A DNA stretch of 64,000 bases from Bacilli bacterium (GTDB lineage: Bacteria > Bacillota_I > Bacilli_A > RF39 > UBA660), in contig JAQUYH010000005.1 in the NCBI GenBank assembly GCA_028691955.1, positions 14,777 to 78,776 of the forward strand. Direction: 5' to 3'. This document shows, one piece after another, positions 10,236 through 23,213 of this stretch. The notes under the pieces are model-generated. The model ran no database searches and had not been told where the DNA came from. It saw nothing but the letters and a program-made list of their open reading frames with translations. The translations under genes were made by a program, and so were the position numbers. Within the stretch, counting starts at the first letter, position 1. Each line of letters starts with the position of its first letter.

Positions 10236-10953
10236 TTTTTTCACCCTTAAAGAATTTCTCAACCTCAAATGTGTAGCTTCCATCATCACTATGAACATAC
10301 AAAGGATCCAGAATTTTTAATCCAGGTCTTCCGTTCTTTTTTCCTTCAATAAGTAGTATATTAGCCTCTTTGCCAATTTTTGGATAAACAAACCTGACAC
10401 GTTTAGGCTCAATATTGTTTTTTCGCATTTCATCAATTATTTCAACAAATCTTTCTGGTCTATGCACCAAAACTAAATTTCCCTTATTTTTCAAAACTTT
10501 TTTAGAAATCTTACATATTTTATTTAAAGTTAGAAAATTTTCATGACGAGCAACTGTTTTGTACAAACTATTATTAATTATACAATCTTTAAAGTACGGT
10601 GGATTACAAGTTATAACATCAAAAGAATCTGATTCACATTTCAAATAAAAATCATTGATATCTTCATTTACTATTTTAATTTGGTTTTCTAAAGAATTAA
10701 TTTCCACAGATTTCTTTGCTAAATCAGAAACTTCTTTTTGAATTTCGACACCAACTATTTTTGAATCGGTTTTTGTGGACAACATTAAAGGTATTGGAGC
10801 ATTTCCTGTTCCTATATCCAAAATTTTATTACAAGCTTTATTTATAGTAGCGAAATTAGCCAACAACACAGAGTCCAAAGAAAAGCTAAACATATTTGTA
10901 TCTTGAATTATAAACAAATTATTATAATCCAACAAATAATTTTTAACCTCCAT
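10222..10953 (-). CDS. SAM-dependent methyltransferase, YabB/TrmN6 (tRNA m6A37) family
   Basis: ILDIGTGNAPIPLML motif I and the NPPY motif (CNPPYF). It sits at the position of yabB in Bacillus synteny. Confidence 0.75.
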   Translation of the reverse strand: MEVKNYLLDYNNLFIIQDTNMFSFSLDSVLLANFATINKACNKILDIGTGNAPIPLMLSTKTDSKIVGVEIQKEVSDLAKKSVEINSLENQIKIVNEDINDFYLKCESDSFDVITCNPPYFKDCIINNSLYKTVARHENFLTLNKICKISKKVLKNKGNLVLVHRPERFVEIIDEMRKNNIEPKRVRFVYPKIGKEANILLIEGKKNGRPGLKILDPLYVHSDDGSYTFEVEKFFKGEKNDSE

Positions 10954-11732
10954 TACAATTTTACCTCAACAATTCCAACGTCTTTTACTTCAACCAAATA
11001 ACTCAAATTTAATATATCTATATTTTTTACAATTCCTTTTCCTTCACGCACTTTAACATATTCACCAATATTTGGTAGCTTGCCTCTGTTTTCTTCATAC
11101 AAATCATCTTCATATTTAAGACAACACAGTAATCTACCACAAGCACCATTTATCTTATTAGGATTCAATGATAAGCTTTGATTTTTAGCCATATTTATTG
11201 AAACAGAATCAAAGTCATAACAATATGTAGAACAACAAAGAGGTCGACCACACAAACCAAGACCGCCTATTTCTCTTGCCTTATCCCTAACCCCAACTTG
11301 CCTCATTTCAATTCTAGTTTTATATATAACAGCCAATTTTTTTACTAATTCCCTAAAATCAACTCTATTTTCTGCCAAAAATCTAAAAACCAGTTGATTT
11401 CTATTGAAAGTATAGTATGCATCTATTACTTTCATTGATAAAGAAAGTTTATCGGCCATACTTTGACAATTTTCTGCAGCCTCTTTAGCATCATCTAAAT
11501 TTTTTTTATAATCAGCGTAATCTCTCTTATTAGCAATTCTAACAACATTTTTTAAACAGTTATTTTTTAATCTCTCTTCTTTAACTTCTACATCAAGCTC
11601 AACTACTTTACCAAATTGCAATCCATTTTCTGTTTCAACAATTACAGTAATATTTTTCTTTAACTCAAAGTTTCCGGGAGCAAAATAATAAACTTTTCCA
11701 CCATCTTTTAAAGTTACACCAACAGCCTTCAT
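10953..11732 (-). CDS. ricT: PSP1-domain protein RicT/YaaT
   Basis: Cys-rich block GLCGRPLCCSTY...GACGRLLCCLKYE. It follows holB, as in Bacillus. Confidence 0.85.
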   Translation of the reverse strand: MKAVGVTLKDGGKVYYFAPGNFELKKNITVIVETENGLQFGKVVELDVEVKEERLKNNCLKNVVRIANKRDYADYKKNLDDAKEAAENCQSMADKLSLSMKVIDAYYTFNRNQLVFRFLAENRVDFRELVKKLAVIYKTRIEMRQVGVRDKAREIGGLGLCGRPLCCSTYCYDFDSVSINMAKNQSLSLNPNKINGACGRLLCCLKYEDDLYEENRGKLPNIGEYVKVREGKGIVKNIDILNLSYLVEVKDVGIVEVKL

Positions 11733-12655
11733 TCAGCATTCACCCTTTCTAAACTAACCACCAACTTATCTAGTAACAAGGATTGATTAGCATTAATTTT
11801 AATTTTTGTTGACAGATCCATAATTATACTAATTTTCTTACTAATTTTTTCTTTAGAGTTTACAATTTTCTTAACATCATCTTGATAGTCTCTAAAAATT
11901 TTTATATTTCCATTTAAATAAAATGTCATTATTTCCTGATATAAAAAGGTAATAATATCAAAAAACATAAGCATTTCGTTTTTTTCTTTAAAATTATCTA
12001 GTATTTTTTTAGATAAAAGCATAATATCTACACTGTTATTAGATTCAATACTCATGATAAATTTCACACAACAATCAACTTTCTTTTCTATATCTTCTTT
12101 ATCAGCTATTTGATATTTTTCAAGTAAGTTTTCCACCATGTTTTGTTCTTTTGCAAAATTCATTGACAATATTTGGCATCTAGAAACAATCGTTGGCAAA
12201 AGTTGAAAAATGTTTTCCACAAGTAAAATTGCAACAAGATTGTCTTTAGGCTCCTCCAAAAACTTTAATAATGAATTAGCCGCTTGAATATTCATTCTAT
12301 CTGCATCTTGAATTATATAAATTCTTTTATTTCCAAACAAAGATTTATTATTAAACTCTTTTTGTAACTCTTCAAGTTGCTCTTTTCTTATCCACAAGCC
12401 ATTCGGTTTAATAATTTTAAGTTCAATAAAGTTATTAGAATCAATCATTTGACATAATTTACAATCTTTACACAAATCCAAATTAACATAATGCCAAGGA
12501 CAAAAAAGATATTTTGAAAATGCTAAAGCAAATTTATTAATATCTCTATTTCCGTTAGATTCAATTATATAGGCATGTGAGACTCTATTTTTTTTAATGG
12601 AATTAATTATTATCCTACATGCATTTAACTGTGTATTTTGATATTCTTCTAACAT
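11729..12655 (-). CDS. holB: DNA polymerase III delta' subunit
   Basis: SHAYIIES, an NSLLKFLEEP block and SRCQ. It lies between dnaX/recR and ricT. Confidence 0.85.
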   Translation of the reverse strand: MLEEYQNTQLNACRIIINSIKKNRVSHAYIIESNGNRDINKFALAFSKYLFCPWHYVNLDLCKDCKLCQMIDSNNFIELKIIKPNGLWIRKEQLEELQKEFNNKSLFGNKRIYIIQDADRMNIQAANSLLKFLEEPKDNLVAILLVENIFQLLPTIVSRCQILSMNFAKEQNMVENLLEKYQIADKEDIEKKVDCCVKFIMSIESNNSVDIMLLSKKILDNFKEKNEMLMFFDIITFLYQEIMTFYLNGNIKIFRDYQDDVKKIVNSKEKISKKISIIMDLSTKIKINANQSLLLDKLVVSLERVNAE

Positions 12656-12670
12656 GCTGATCCTTTCAAA

Positions 12671-13264
12671 TCAAATTTCAGTCCTGTTTTCCAAGGCAAG
12701 CTCTAAAGTAAGTGCATCGATATACTCCATATCTGCTCCAAGTGGTATACCATGAGCTATTTTTGTAATTTTAACCCCTGTTTTATTCAACAACTTAGAT
12801 ATATAAAGAGCTGTTGTCTCTCCTTCAATTGTTGGTCTAACAGCTAATATAACCTCTTTAATCTTATCTTTTTCAATCCTGTCAATTAAAGATTTAATAT
12901 TTATATCTTCTGGATTAATTCCATCTAAAGGTGAAATCAGACCGTCTAAAACATGATATAGCCCATTATACGTGCCCATCTTTTCAAACAAAACAACATT
13001 TTTAGGTTCTTCCACAACACAAATTACACTTTTTTCTCTTGATTCATCTAAACAAATTGAACAAAGATCTCCCTCTGTAAAATTATGACACTTTTTACAT
13101 CTTTTGATATTTGATTTCAAATTTTTAATAGAAGAAGAAAAGTTTAAAATCACTTCATCATCTAACGCAAAAAGAGACAAAGCTAAGCGCTCTGCTGTTT
13201 TTTCGCCTATTCCAGGAAGTTTCTTAAAACAATCTATTAAATCCTTAATTGTTTTCGGATACAT
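12671..13264 (-). CDS. recR: recombination protein RecR
   Basis: LPGIGEKTAERLA helix-hairpin-helix, a C4 zinc finger (CKKCHNFTEGDLCSIC) and a Toprim block. Confidence 0.95.
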   Translation of the reverse strand: MYPKTIKDLIDCFKKLPGIGEKTAERLALSLFALDDEVILNFSSSIKNLKSNIKRCKKCHNFTEGDLCSICLDESREKSVICVVEEPKNVVLFEKMGTYNGLYHVLDGLISPLDGINPEDINIKSLIDRIEKDKIKEVILAVRPTIEGETTALYISKLLNKTGVKITKIAHGIPLGADMEYIDALTLELALENRTEI

Positions 13265-13266
13265 AA

Positions 13267-13554
13267 TTAAAACAACCCCGGCATTCCTTTAGTATATTTT
13301 CCTAATTTTTCTTCTGTTTCTCTATCAATTTTTTTATTATTTTCATTAACAGCCACTACAAACATATCTTGTAATAGTTCTATATCGTCTACATCTTGAT
13401 CAATACTTACCTTTAAAAGATTCTTATTTCCAAGAGAAACAACTGTAACCACTCCACTTTTAGTAGCAAATTCCTTATTATCAATCTCATTTTTTTCTTT
13501 TAACATATCAGCTTGCATTTTTTGTGCTTGCTTTAACATTGCTTGCATATTCAT
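13267..13554 (-). CDS. ybaB: nucleoid-associated protein YbaB/EbfC
   Basis: 95 aa with MLKQAQKMQADM and a C-terminal MPGLF. It lies between dnaX and recR. Confidence 0.9.
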   Translation of the reverse strand: MNMQAMLKQAQKMQADMLKEKNEIDNKEFATKSGVVTVVSLGNKNLLKVSIDQDVDDIELLQDMFVVAVNENNKKIDRETEEKLGKYTKGMPGLF

Positions 13555-13564
13555 AAATTTCCTC

Positions 13565-15172
13565 CTATTTATATTCTACTATACTTTCAAACAATTTCAA
13601 TGATGATTCTTCGTCTTTAATATTTTCTAACTCCTCTTTCTGATAAACATAGCTTTTCTTTTTTGCATTAAACTCCATTTTAATTATTTCCCATTCCTTC
13701 TCATCAACAGAAATAACTCTATATTTTTTCAACAAACTTTTTTCTATTATTTCCTCAATTATCAAGACATTGCCATTAAACAAAAACACATCAGATTCTT
13801 TTTTATACATAAAAAGCAAATATTCATTACTTGCCGCCTTCAAGTTCCCATCTAAAATAATTGAAACAAATTGACTATATCTTGCATTAATTAATAACGG
13901 TTTTACTGAAATAATCTTTTTCTTAAGGTCTTGCAATAAATGCTTATCAAATTGAGCTAAAGTATTTTCAATTCTAATCTTTTTACTAATTGAATTTTTT
14001 AATGTATTTTTTTCTTTAGAATCTTTTGTTGATCCTTTTATATCAATACTATCTGGTTCTATTTTTGCCTTTTCAACAGGAATAGTTTCTATAACGTCTT
14101 CCTTTTTTTCGCCTATACTTATATTTTTAATAAAGACTAATTCAAGTAACAATTTTGGGTTATTTGAAGACTTCATTTCCACAACAGAATTATTTAAATC
14201 ATAAATTATTTTAAATATATCTTTTTCCACAGCAAAAGTCGATATTTTTTTATAAATAGACACATCAAAACCTTCAGATTCCAAAAAATCCTCGCTTTTA
14301 TTAAATATTAAAACATTTCTTAAAAAGAAAACCACTTCATTAGCTAATTTAATTAAATTTTTTCCACCACTATAATAATAATCTAGCTTTTCAAGAATAA
14401 ATTTTAAATTGCCTTTAAACAAAGCCTCAATAATATTATTTATGTCCTGTTGGGACACCGTTCCATTCATTTCATGAACATCCAATACTGTTATCTTATC
14501 CTCTGCATATGACCAAACCTGATCAAGTAGATTAATTGCATCACGCATTCCACCCTCAGAAAGTCTTGCTATTTCGCTAACTGCATTATCCTCAATAGAA
14601 ATTTTTTCCAATTCAATAATTTCATATAATTTTTTTCTAATCGAATCTATAGACAGTCTTTTAAACTCAAAAACTTGACATCTAGAAAGTATTGTTAAAG
14701 GAATTTTATGTATTTCTGTTGTTGCTAAAATAAAAATAGCATGAGCGGGTGGCTCCTCTAATGTTTTTAATAGCGCATTGAATGCACTAATAGTTAGCAT
14801 ATGGACTTCGTCAATTATATAAACTTTATATTTCCCATATGCCGGAGCCAAATTAACCTTATTTTTTAATTCTCTTATCTCATCAACACCATTGTTAGAA
14901 GCAGCATCTATTTCAATAATATCACTATTATTTTGCGTACAATTTACACACTTATAGCAAGGTTTATTACTATCTTTTGATTCACAATTAACTATTTTAG
15001 CAACTATTTTAGCTACACTAGTTTTTCCAGTACCTCTAGGCCCTGAAAATATATAAGCATGCGAAAACTTATTATTATAAAAAGCATTTTCAAGTGTTGA
15101 TATTATATTTTCTTGTCCAGCAACCTCTTCAAAATTTTTTGGTCTATACTTTCTATATAAAGCTTGATACAT
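13565..15172 (-). CDS. dnaX: DNA polymerase III gamma/tau subunit
   Basis: MYQALYRKYRPKNFEEV, GPRGTGKTS, DEVHML and SRCQ motifs. An alternative upstream ATG lies at 15187. Confidence 0.93.
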   Translation of the reverse strand: MYQALYRKYRPKNFEEVAGQENIISTLENAFYNNKFSHAYIFSGPRGTGKTSVAKIVAKIVNCESKDSNKPCYKCVNCTQNNSDIIEIDAASNNGVDEIRELKNKVNLAPAYGKYKVYIIDEVHMLTISAFNALLKTLEEPPAHAIFILATTEIHKIPLTILSRCQVFEFKRLSIDSIRKKLYEIIELEKISIEDNAVSEIARLSEGGMRDAINLLDQVWSYAEDKITVLDVHEMNGTVSQQDINNIIEALFKGNLKFILEKLDYYYSGGKNLIKLANEVVFFLRNVLIFNKSEDFLESEGFDVSIYKKISTFAVEKDIFKIIYDLNNSVVEMKSSNNPKLLLELVFIKNISIGEKKEDVIETIPVEKAKIEPDSIDIKGSTKDSKEKNTLKNSISKKIRIENTLAQFDKHLLQDLKKKIISVKPLLINARYSQFVSIILDGNLKAASNEYLLFMYKKESDVFLFNGNVLIIEEIIEKSLLKKYRVISVDEKEWEIIKMEFNAKKKSYVYQKEELENIKDEESSLKLFESIVEYK

Positions 15173-15230
15173 AACATCACCAACCATAACAATTATAACA
15201 TTTTTCCATATATTTAGTTATCAAAAAGTT

Positions 15231-15668
15231 TTATTTTCTTTTGTTTTTGAAGAAATCTTTCAATAATTTTTCCACAGTAAAATCACCATCCATTTTTTTT
15301 ACTATTATATTAAAATTCATTATTCTATTACCTTCAATAAAGTGAGAAAAACCAAATTTCTTATTTTCCACAGCATAAGTCACTTTTTTAATTCTTGCTA
15401 AAGAAATAGCGCCGATACACATAACACACGGTTCAGAAGTTGTGTATAAAGTACAGCCATCTAATCGCCATGTTTTTAGTTTTCCACATGCTTTTTTTAT
15501 AGCAAGAACTTCAGCATGATTTAAAGGGTTATTGAATTTTTCTTTTTTATTATGAGCTCTAGAAATAATTTTATTATCTTTTACGATTACGCACCCTACA
15601 GGTACTTCATCATATTTGAATGATTTTTTAGCTTGCTTAACAGCTTCGTTCATATATATTTGTTCCAT
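15231..15668 (-). CDS. tadA: tRNA-specific adenosine deaminase
   Basis: HAEVLAI and PCVMCIGA deaminase zinc motifs. Confidence 0.9.
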   Translation of the reverse strand: MEQIYMNEAVKQAKKSFKYDEVPVGCVIVKDNKIISRAHNKKEKFNNPLNHAEVLAIKKACGKLKTWRLDGCTLYTTSEPCVMCIGAISLARIKKVTYAVENKKFGFSHFIEGNRIMNFNIIVKKMDGDFTVEKLLKDFFKNKRK

Positions 15669-15680
15669 TACAACCTCCTA

Positions 15681-15696
15681 TGTTTCACGTGAAACA
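15681..15696. promoter_or_regulatory. parS site 1 (TGTTTCACGTGAAACA)
   Basis: Perfect 16-bp palindrome matching the Firmicute parS consensus TGTTNCACGTGNAACA. It lies between the SRP RNA 3' end and the tadA RBS. Confidence 0.8.
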
Positions 15697-15704
15697 TAAA
15701 AAAA

Positions 15705-15775
15705 GCACACACATTTAGAGGCTTATAAAGCTGCTACTTTCCAGTCCTGACTTGGTTAAAGCATAAATGTTGTGC
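15705..15775 (-). ncRNA. ffs: small (4.5S-type) signal recognition particle RNA; ends approximate
   Basis: The minus strand reads GCACAACAUUUAUGCUUUAACCAAGUCAGGACUGGAAAGUAGCAGCUUUAUAAGCCUCUAAAUGUGUGUGC. It contains the domain IV core AGUCAGGnCnGGAAnGnAGCAGC, closed by a long terminal stem. It sits at the same locus (near tadA and dnaX) as scr in Bacillus. Confidence 0.8.
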
Positions 15776-15817
15776 ATATATAATATAATATATTTTTTTT
15801 AATGTTTCAATATTTAA

Positions 15818-15833
15818 TGTTTCACGTGGAACA
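15818..15833. promoter_or_regulatory. parS site 2 (TGTTTCACGTGGAACA)
   Basis: 16-bp match to the parS consensus. Confidence 0.8.
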
Positions 15834-15854
15834 TGGTTATATATTCAAAACTGA

Positions 15855-15870
15855 TGTTCCACGTGAAACA
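15855..15870. promoter_or_regulatory. parS site 3 (TGTTCCACGTGAAACA)
   Basis: Identical to the canonical B. subtilis parS 16-mer. Confidence 0.8.
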
Positions 15871-15893
15871 TAATTATGCAGAAATTAAATTAA

Positions 15894-15909
15894 TGTTCCA
15901 CGTGAAACA
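15894..15909. promoter_or_regulatory. parS site 4 (TGTTCCACGTGAAACA)
   Basis: Identical to the canonical parS 16-mer. It ends 4 nt from the gyrA stop codon. Confidence 0.8.
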
Positions 15910-15912
15910 TAA

Positions 15913-18351
15913 TTATGCTTCACATGAATCATCTAAACTTTCTTTTATTATGGTCGTGACATTAGAAAGCTTTTGATTATCTTTTAAATTAATTAATCTC
16001 ACACCCTGCGTCACTCTTCCTGTTTGAGAAATCTGTTCAACAGAAAGTCTAATAATCATGCCACTATCAGTTGTAACAATTAAATCCTCATCACCACTAA
16101 TAGCCTTAAAAGCAACTAAAGAGCCATTCTTTTCTGTTACATTTAATGCTCTTACTCCTTTTCCACCTCTATGCGTAGCACGATAAGCTGAAATATCAGT
16201 TTGTTTTCCGTAACCATTTTCCGTAGCTACTAATATATTTTGAGTAGGATCAGCTATTTCACATCCAACGATATAATCATTTTGGGAAATGTTCATTCCT
16301 CTTACTCCCGAAGCTGTTCTTCCCATAACACGAATTTCATTTTCATTAAATCTTATCATCCTACCATTATTAGCTGCTATTAATATTTCATTATTTCCCA
16401 AGGTTTTTTTAACAGAAACAATAGAGTCATTCTCCTTTAAACTAATAGCTATTTTGCCGTTATTCCTAATACTATCAAACTCTTTTATATCAGTTCTTTT
16501 AATCAGTCCTTTTTGTGTACAGAATACAATATATTGATATTCATCACTATTTGTAATCTTCATCATTGTTTTGACATTTTCATTCTTATCCAACGATAAC
16601 AAATTAACGATAGGTAAGCCTTTAGCCTGTCTGCTAAATAGTGGGACCTCATATCCTTTTATACGATATACTTTTCCTCTATCAGTAAATAAAAGTAAAT
16701 AATCATGAGTATTCATTGAAATTAAATGTTCCACATAATCTTCTTCATTGGTGGTTATTCCTTTAATTCCCACACCACCTCTATTTTGCGTCTTATATGT
16801 TTCGCAATTAATTCTTTTTATATAACCATTATTAGTTAAAGTAATAACTATATCTTCAGATGGGATTAAAGATTCATCTTCAATATATTCAATGGCAGTA
16901 TAATCAATAGTTGTTCTTCTTTCATCACCATATTTTGATTTGATTTCCAACAATTCCTCTTTAATAATAGCCATTACTTTATCATTATTTGCTAAAACGG
17001 ATTGAAGTTCAGCTATTAATTTTAACAAATCAGCAAGCTCATTCTCAATTTTTTCTCTTTCAAGACCAGTAAGCCTTCTAAGCTTCATTTCAAGAATTGC
17101 CTCTGTCTGTAAATCAGATAAATTATATTTATTTGTTAATTTTAATTTAGCCTCACCATCATTTTTAGCTTCTTTTATAATTTTGATAAAATCATCAATA
17201 TTATCTAAGGCTATCTTCATTCCTTCTAAAACATGAACACGTTTTTCTGCCTTATCTAAATCGTATCTAGTTCTTCTAATTATTATCTCTTTCTGATAAT
17301 CAATATATTTTTCGATAATTTCTTTTAAATTTAAAGTTTTTGGCTGATTTTGATCTAACATTAACAAAATAATTCCAAAATTTGATTGAAGCTGTGTATG
17401 TTTATATAAATTATTTAATATGACATTGGGATTTGCCTCTCTTTTAAGAGTTATTACTATTTTAAGACCATTTTCAATATTTGTTTCTTCATGATAATCG
17501 GCTATTCCCTCAATTATCTTATCCCTTACCAACTCTGCTATTTTTTGCTTTAAATCAGAAGTATTAACGCCATATGGTAACTCCGTTATTACAATAGAGC
17601 TTTTATCATTATGCGTTTCAATTACAGCTTTACTCCTTAATGTAATTGATCCTCTACCTGTTTCGTAAGCCTTTTTTATTCCACTATTCCCCAAAATAAC
17701 TGCTCCTGTAGGAAAATCCGGACCCTTTATATAGTTCATTAATTCAGATATTGTAATATCTTGATTATTAATATAAGCAATACAACCATCAATTACCTCA
17801 CCCAAATTATGTGGAGGAATATTTGTTGCCATACCTACAGCAATACCCATAGTTCCATTAACCAATATATTAGGGAATCTACTAGGTAATACATCTGGTT
17901 CTTTTTCTATCTCATCAAAATTCGGAACAAATCTAACAGTATCTTTTCCAATATCTCTTAATAATTCCAAAGAAATCTTAGATAATCTAGATTCCGTATA
18001 ACGCATAGCTGCCGCTCCATCACCATCCATATTACCAAAATTGCCATGTCCATCAACTAACATATATCTATAACTAAAATCTTGAGCCATACGAACCATG
18101 GCTTCATAAATCGAAGAATCTCCATGTGGATGATATTTTCCCATAACATCACCGACTATTCTGGCACATTTGCGGTATTGTTTATCTGGCGTATAACCTG
18201 ACTCAAACATTGAATATAAAATTCTTCTATGAACAGGTTTTAATCCGTCTCTCAAATCAGGCAAAGCACGAGAAATGATAACACTCATTGAATAATCTAT
18301 AAAGGAGCTCTGAACTTCTTCTACTATATTACAATTTTCAACTTTTTCCAT
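15913..18351 (-). CDS. gyrA: DNA gyrase subunit A
   Basis: 812 aa with [12 protein letters not shown], the AAMRYTE active-site Tyr block and C-terminal beta-pinwheel repeats. Confidence 0.97.
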   Translation of the reverse strand: MEKVENCNIVEEVQSSFIDYSMSVIISRALPDLRDGLKPVHRRILYSMFESGYTPDKQYRKCARIVGDVMGKYHPHGDSSIYEAMVRMAQDFSYRYMLVDGHGNFGNMDGDGAAAMRYTESRLSKISLELLRDIGKDTVRFVPNFDEIEKEPDVLPSRFPNILVNGTMGIAVGMATNIPPHNLGEVIDGCIAYINNQDITISELMNYIKGPDFPTGAVILGNSGIKKAYETGRGSITLRSKAVIETHNDKSSIVITELPYGVNTSDLKQKIAELVRDKIIEGIADYHEETNIENGLKIVITLKREANPNVILNNLYKHTQLQSNFGIILLMLDQNQPKTLNLKEIIEKYIDYQKEIIIRRTRYDLDKAEKRVHVLEGMKIALDNIDDFIKIIKEAKNDGEAKLKLTNKYNLSDLQTEAILEMKLRRLTGLEREKIENELADLLKLIAELQSVLANNDKVMAIIKEELLEIKSKYGDERRTTIDYTAIEYIEDESLIPSEDIVITLTNNGYIKRINCETYKTQNRGGVGIKGITTNEEDYVEHLISMNTHDYLLLFTDRGKVYRIKGYEVPLFSRQAKGLPIVNLLSLDKNENVKTMMKITNSDEYQYIVFCTQKGLIKRTDIKEFDSIRNNGKIAISLKENDSIVSVKKTLGNNEILIAANNGRMIRFNENEIRVMGRTASGVRGMNISQNDYIVGCEIADPTQNILVATENGYGKQTDISAYRATHRGGKGVRALNVTEKNGSLVAFKAISGDEDLIVTTDSGMIIRLSVEQISQTGRVTQGVRLINLKDNQKLSNVTTIIKESLDDSCEA

Positions 18352-18361
18352 TCTTTACCTC

Positions 18362-21410
<3,049 letters not shown>

Positions 21411-21532
21411 ATTTACCCCCCAATAATTATAAAAAATACCGCATATAAGAATATTTTAAATTTTTAGTATACCTACACACACTAATAATTATAACATAAA
21501 AAAGACAAAATTTAATATAATTAGCTTTTTTA

Positions 21533-21985
21533 TTAAATTTTTTCCATTTTTTTCTGTAACACATCCGATAGTCTAGTAGAACGTAATATTTGACTTTCTA
21601 AACTAAAAAATGACACATCTAAAATTATTTCCACAGCATTATTAAATATAATTTTTGTTTTATCAAGCAATTTATTATAATCTTTAATGTTATTTAATGA
21701 AATCCAGCAACAACTTTCTTGTCTAGGAGAAGCCGTAGGAAAAAAAATTATTCTTCTACTCTCTTCAATTATAATTGGCGCTTTATAATTATAACCTACT
21801 AAATTTTTAGTTCCTTCAAACCTTCCAGTATATGAACTACCAAAAAACTTACAGCTACCATCTATAATATCAAAAGAATTTTTTTCCACAATAAAATCTT
21901 TTTCCTTTTCATAGATTCTACTTACATTTTTAGAAATTGGCACTATAGCTAACGTCACTGTTGTTATTTCATACTCTTTAATCAT
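21533..21985 (-). CDS. comK: ComK-family competence transcription factor homolog
   Basis: CKFFGSSYTGRFEGTKNLVGYNYKAPIIIEESRRIIFFPTASPRQESCCWISL aligns with the B. subtilis ComK block CRFFGSSYAGRKAGT...HKPPIMVDPSNQIFLFPTLSS..QCGWIS. Strong GGAGGTGA RBS before the ATG at 21985. Confidence 0.75.
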   Translation of the reverse strand: MIKEYEITTVTLAIVPISKNVSRIYEKEKDFIVEKNSFDIIDGSCKFFGSSYTGRFEGTKNLVGYNYKAPIIIEESRRIIFFPTASPRQESCCWISLNNIKDYNKLLDKTKIIFNNAVEIILDVSFFSLESQILRSTRLSDVLQKKMEKI

Positions 21986-22030
21986 CTTTTCACCTCCAAA
22001 CAAATTGATAATCTTATACCACAAAAAATT

Positions 22031-22060
22031 CTCGAATTTTCTCGAATTTTTTCGAATTTT
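22031..22060. repeat. three tandem 10-bp repeats (CTCGAATTTT x2, TTCGAATTTT) = helically phased A/T tracts upstream of comK-like gene
   Basis: Read directly: ctcgaatttt ctcgaatttt ttcgaatttt, 46-75 nt upstream of the comK-like start codon. Confidence 0.9.
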
Positions 22061-22070
22061 TAAAAAAAGT

Positions 22071-22097
22071 AAAAAAAAAAGTCAATTTTGACTTTTA
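22071..22097 (-). terminator. intrinsic terminator after dnaN
   Basis: The minus strand reads AAAAGUCAAAAUUGACUUUU followed by a long U-run. It overlaps the dnaN stop. Confidence 0.7.
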
Positions 22098-23213
22098 ATA
22101 TGTTCTTATTGGCACTATTAATTCAGTTAATAGCGTATTATTAGGATCAACAATTATTATAGGTTTAATATCTCCATTAAATTTTAATACAACAAATTCA
22201 CTATTTATAGCCCTTAAAGCATCTGTCATAAATTTAGAACTAAAAGAAATTGTTAAATCATCACCTTTTTTATCCACAACTTTAATTTTCTCTTCTACCA
22301 TTCCAATTTCAGGTATATTAGAAGAAATTTTTATAACATCATTTTTTAATTCAAATAATAAAGTATTTTTATCATCACCACTACTTAATAAAGAAGCCCT
22401 GTCAATTGCTCCAAAAATATCTCTATAAGATACTTTTAATTCTAATTCAAAAGATTCAGGAATCAATTTTTCAGTATCGGGAAAAGTTCCACTAATTAAA
22501 CGAGTTAAAAATTCGATATTATCAAATCTGAAAATAACTTTATTAGTAAAAATATGCATCTCCATTTCATTTTCATCTTCTACTAATAACTTAGTTAATT
22601 CCACTAAAGTTCTATTAGGAATAATTAAATTATTTTCTTCTTCAGTTGATTTTAAATCAATTTTTCTTTTTGATAATCTATATGAATCAGTTGCAGTACA
22701 CTCAATAGAACTATTTCTAATTAAAAAATTAATTCCTGTTAATATTGGTCTAGATTCTTGTAATGAAGAAGCAAAAGATGTTTGATTTACCATAGCTTTA
22801 AAATCAGCTTCTGTAATTACAATAGGATTTTCCTTAGTTTCTAATTCCAAATTTGGAAAATCATTAGCATTGTTACAATTTAAATTAAACTCAGTATTAG
22901 TCGTAGTTATAAATAACTTAGAACCAGCAACCTCTTCTATTGTAATAACTTCATTTGGTAATTTTTTAACTATTTCATATATATATCTACCAGAAACAAC
23001 AACTTCACCCAAAGAAATTATTTCTTCTATTTTTTCTTTTGGTAAAAAAGTTCTTATTGCCATTTCATTATCTGTACTTAATAAATATAATCCATCTTTA
23101 GTTAATTCAAATTTTATACAATTTAATATAGGAATTAAATTTTTATTAGAAACTCCTTTAATAGCATTATTTAATTGTTCCATTAAAATATTTTGTTTTA
23201 TTATAAAATTCAT
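22095..23213 (-). CDS. dnaN: DNA polymerase III beta sliding clamp
   Basis: 372 aa. N-terminus MNFIIKQNILMEQLNNAIKGVS..IPILNCIKF and three-domain length, immediately downstream of dnaA. Confidence 0.95.
   Translation of the reverse strand: MNFIIKQNILMEQLNNAIKGVSNKNLIPILNCIKFELTKDGLYLLSTDNEMAIRTFLPKEKIEEIISLGEVVVSGRYIYEIVKKLPNEVITIEEVAGSKLFITTTNTEFNLNCNNANDFPNLELETKENPIVITEADFKAMVNQTSFASSLQESRPILTGINFLIRNSSIECTATDSYRLSKRKIDLKSTEEENNLIIPNRTLVELTKLLVEDENEMEMHIFTNKVIFRFDNIEFLTRLISGTFPDTEKLIPESFELELKVSYRDIFGAIDRASLLSSGDDKNTLLFELKNDVIKISSNIPEIGMVEEKIKVVDKKGDDLTISFSSKFMTDALRAINSEFVVLKFNGDIKPIIIVDPNNTLLTELIVPIRTY

Larger units (their letters stand above)
15854..15918. repeat. tandem duplication (period 39 bp) carrying parS sites 3 and 4
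   Basis: The 26-mer ATGTTCCACGTGAAACATAATTATGC occurs at 15854-15879 and again at 15893-15918. The second copy supplies the last codon and stop of gyrA. Confidence 0.85.

Noticed and set aside
11669-11682. NBS-like AGTTTCCGGGAGCA in ricT, and GCTTCCGGGAAAAT at about 27898-27911 in mnmE
   Set aside because: Both lack one C/G of the CCCGGG core and have mismatched arms. They are not convincing Noc sites without binding data.
15681-15909. The CACGTG palindromes as REP-like intergenic repeats, a restriction-site cluster or binding sites for an unknown regulator
   Set aside because: The full 16-mers equal the well-established parS consensus, and a Spo0J/ParB with a matching HTH is encoded in the window. 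parS is the parsimonious call. The idea that site 1 doubles as an RNA hairpin is kept only as a side note.
22031-22060. Tandem 10-bp repeats as a CRISPR or minisatellite locus
   Set aside because: There are only three contiguous 10-bp units, with no spacers and no cas genes. They are better explained as phased A/T tracts in a promoter region.
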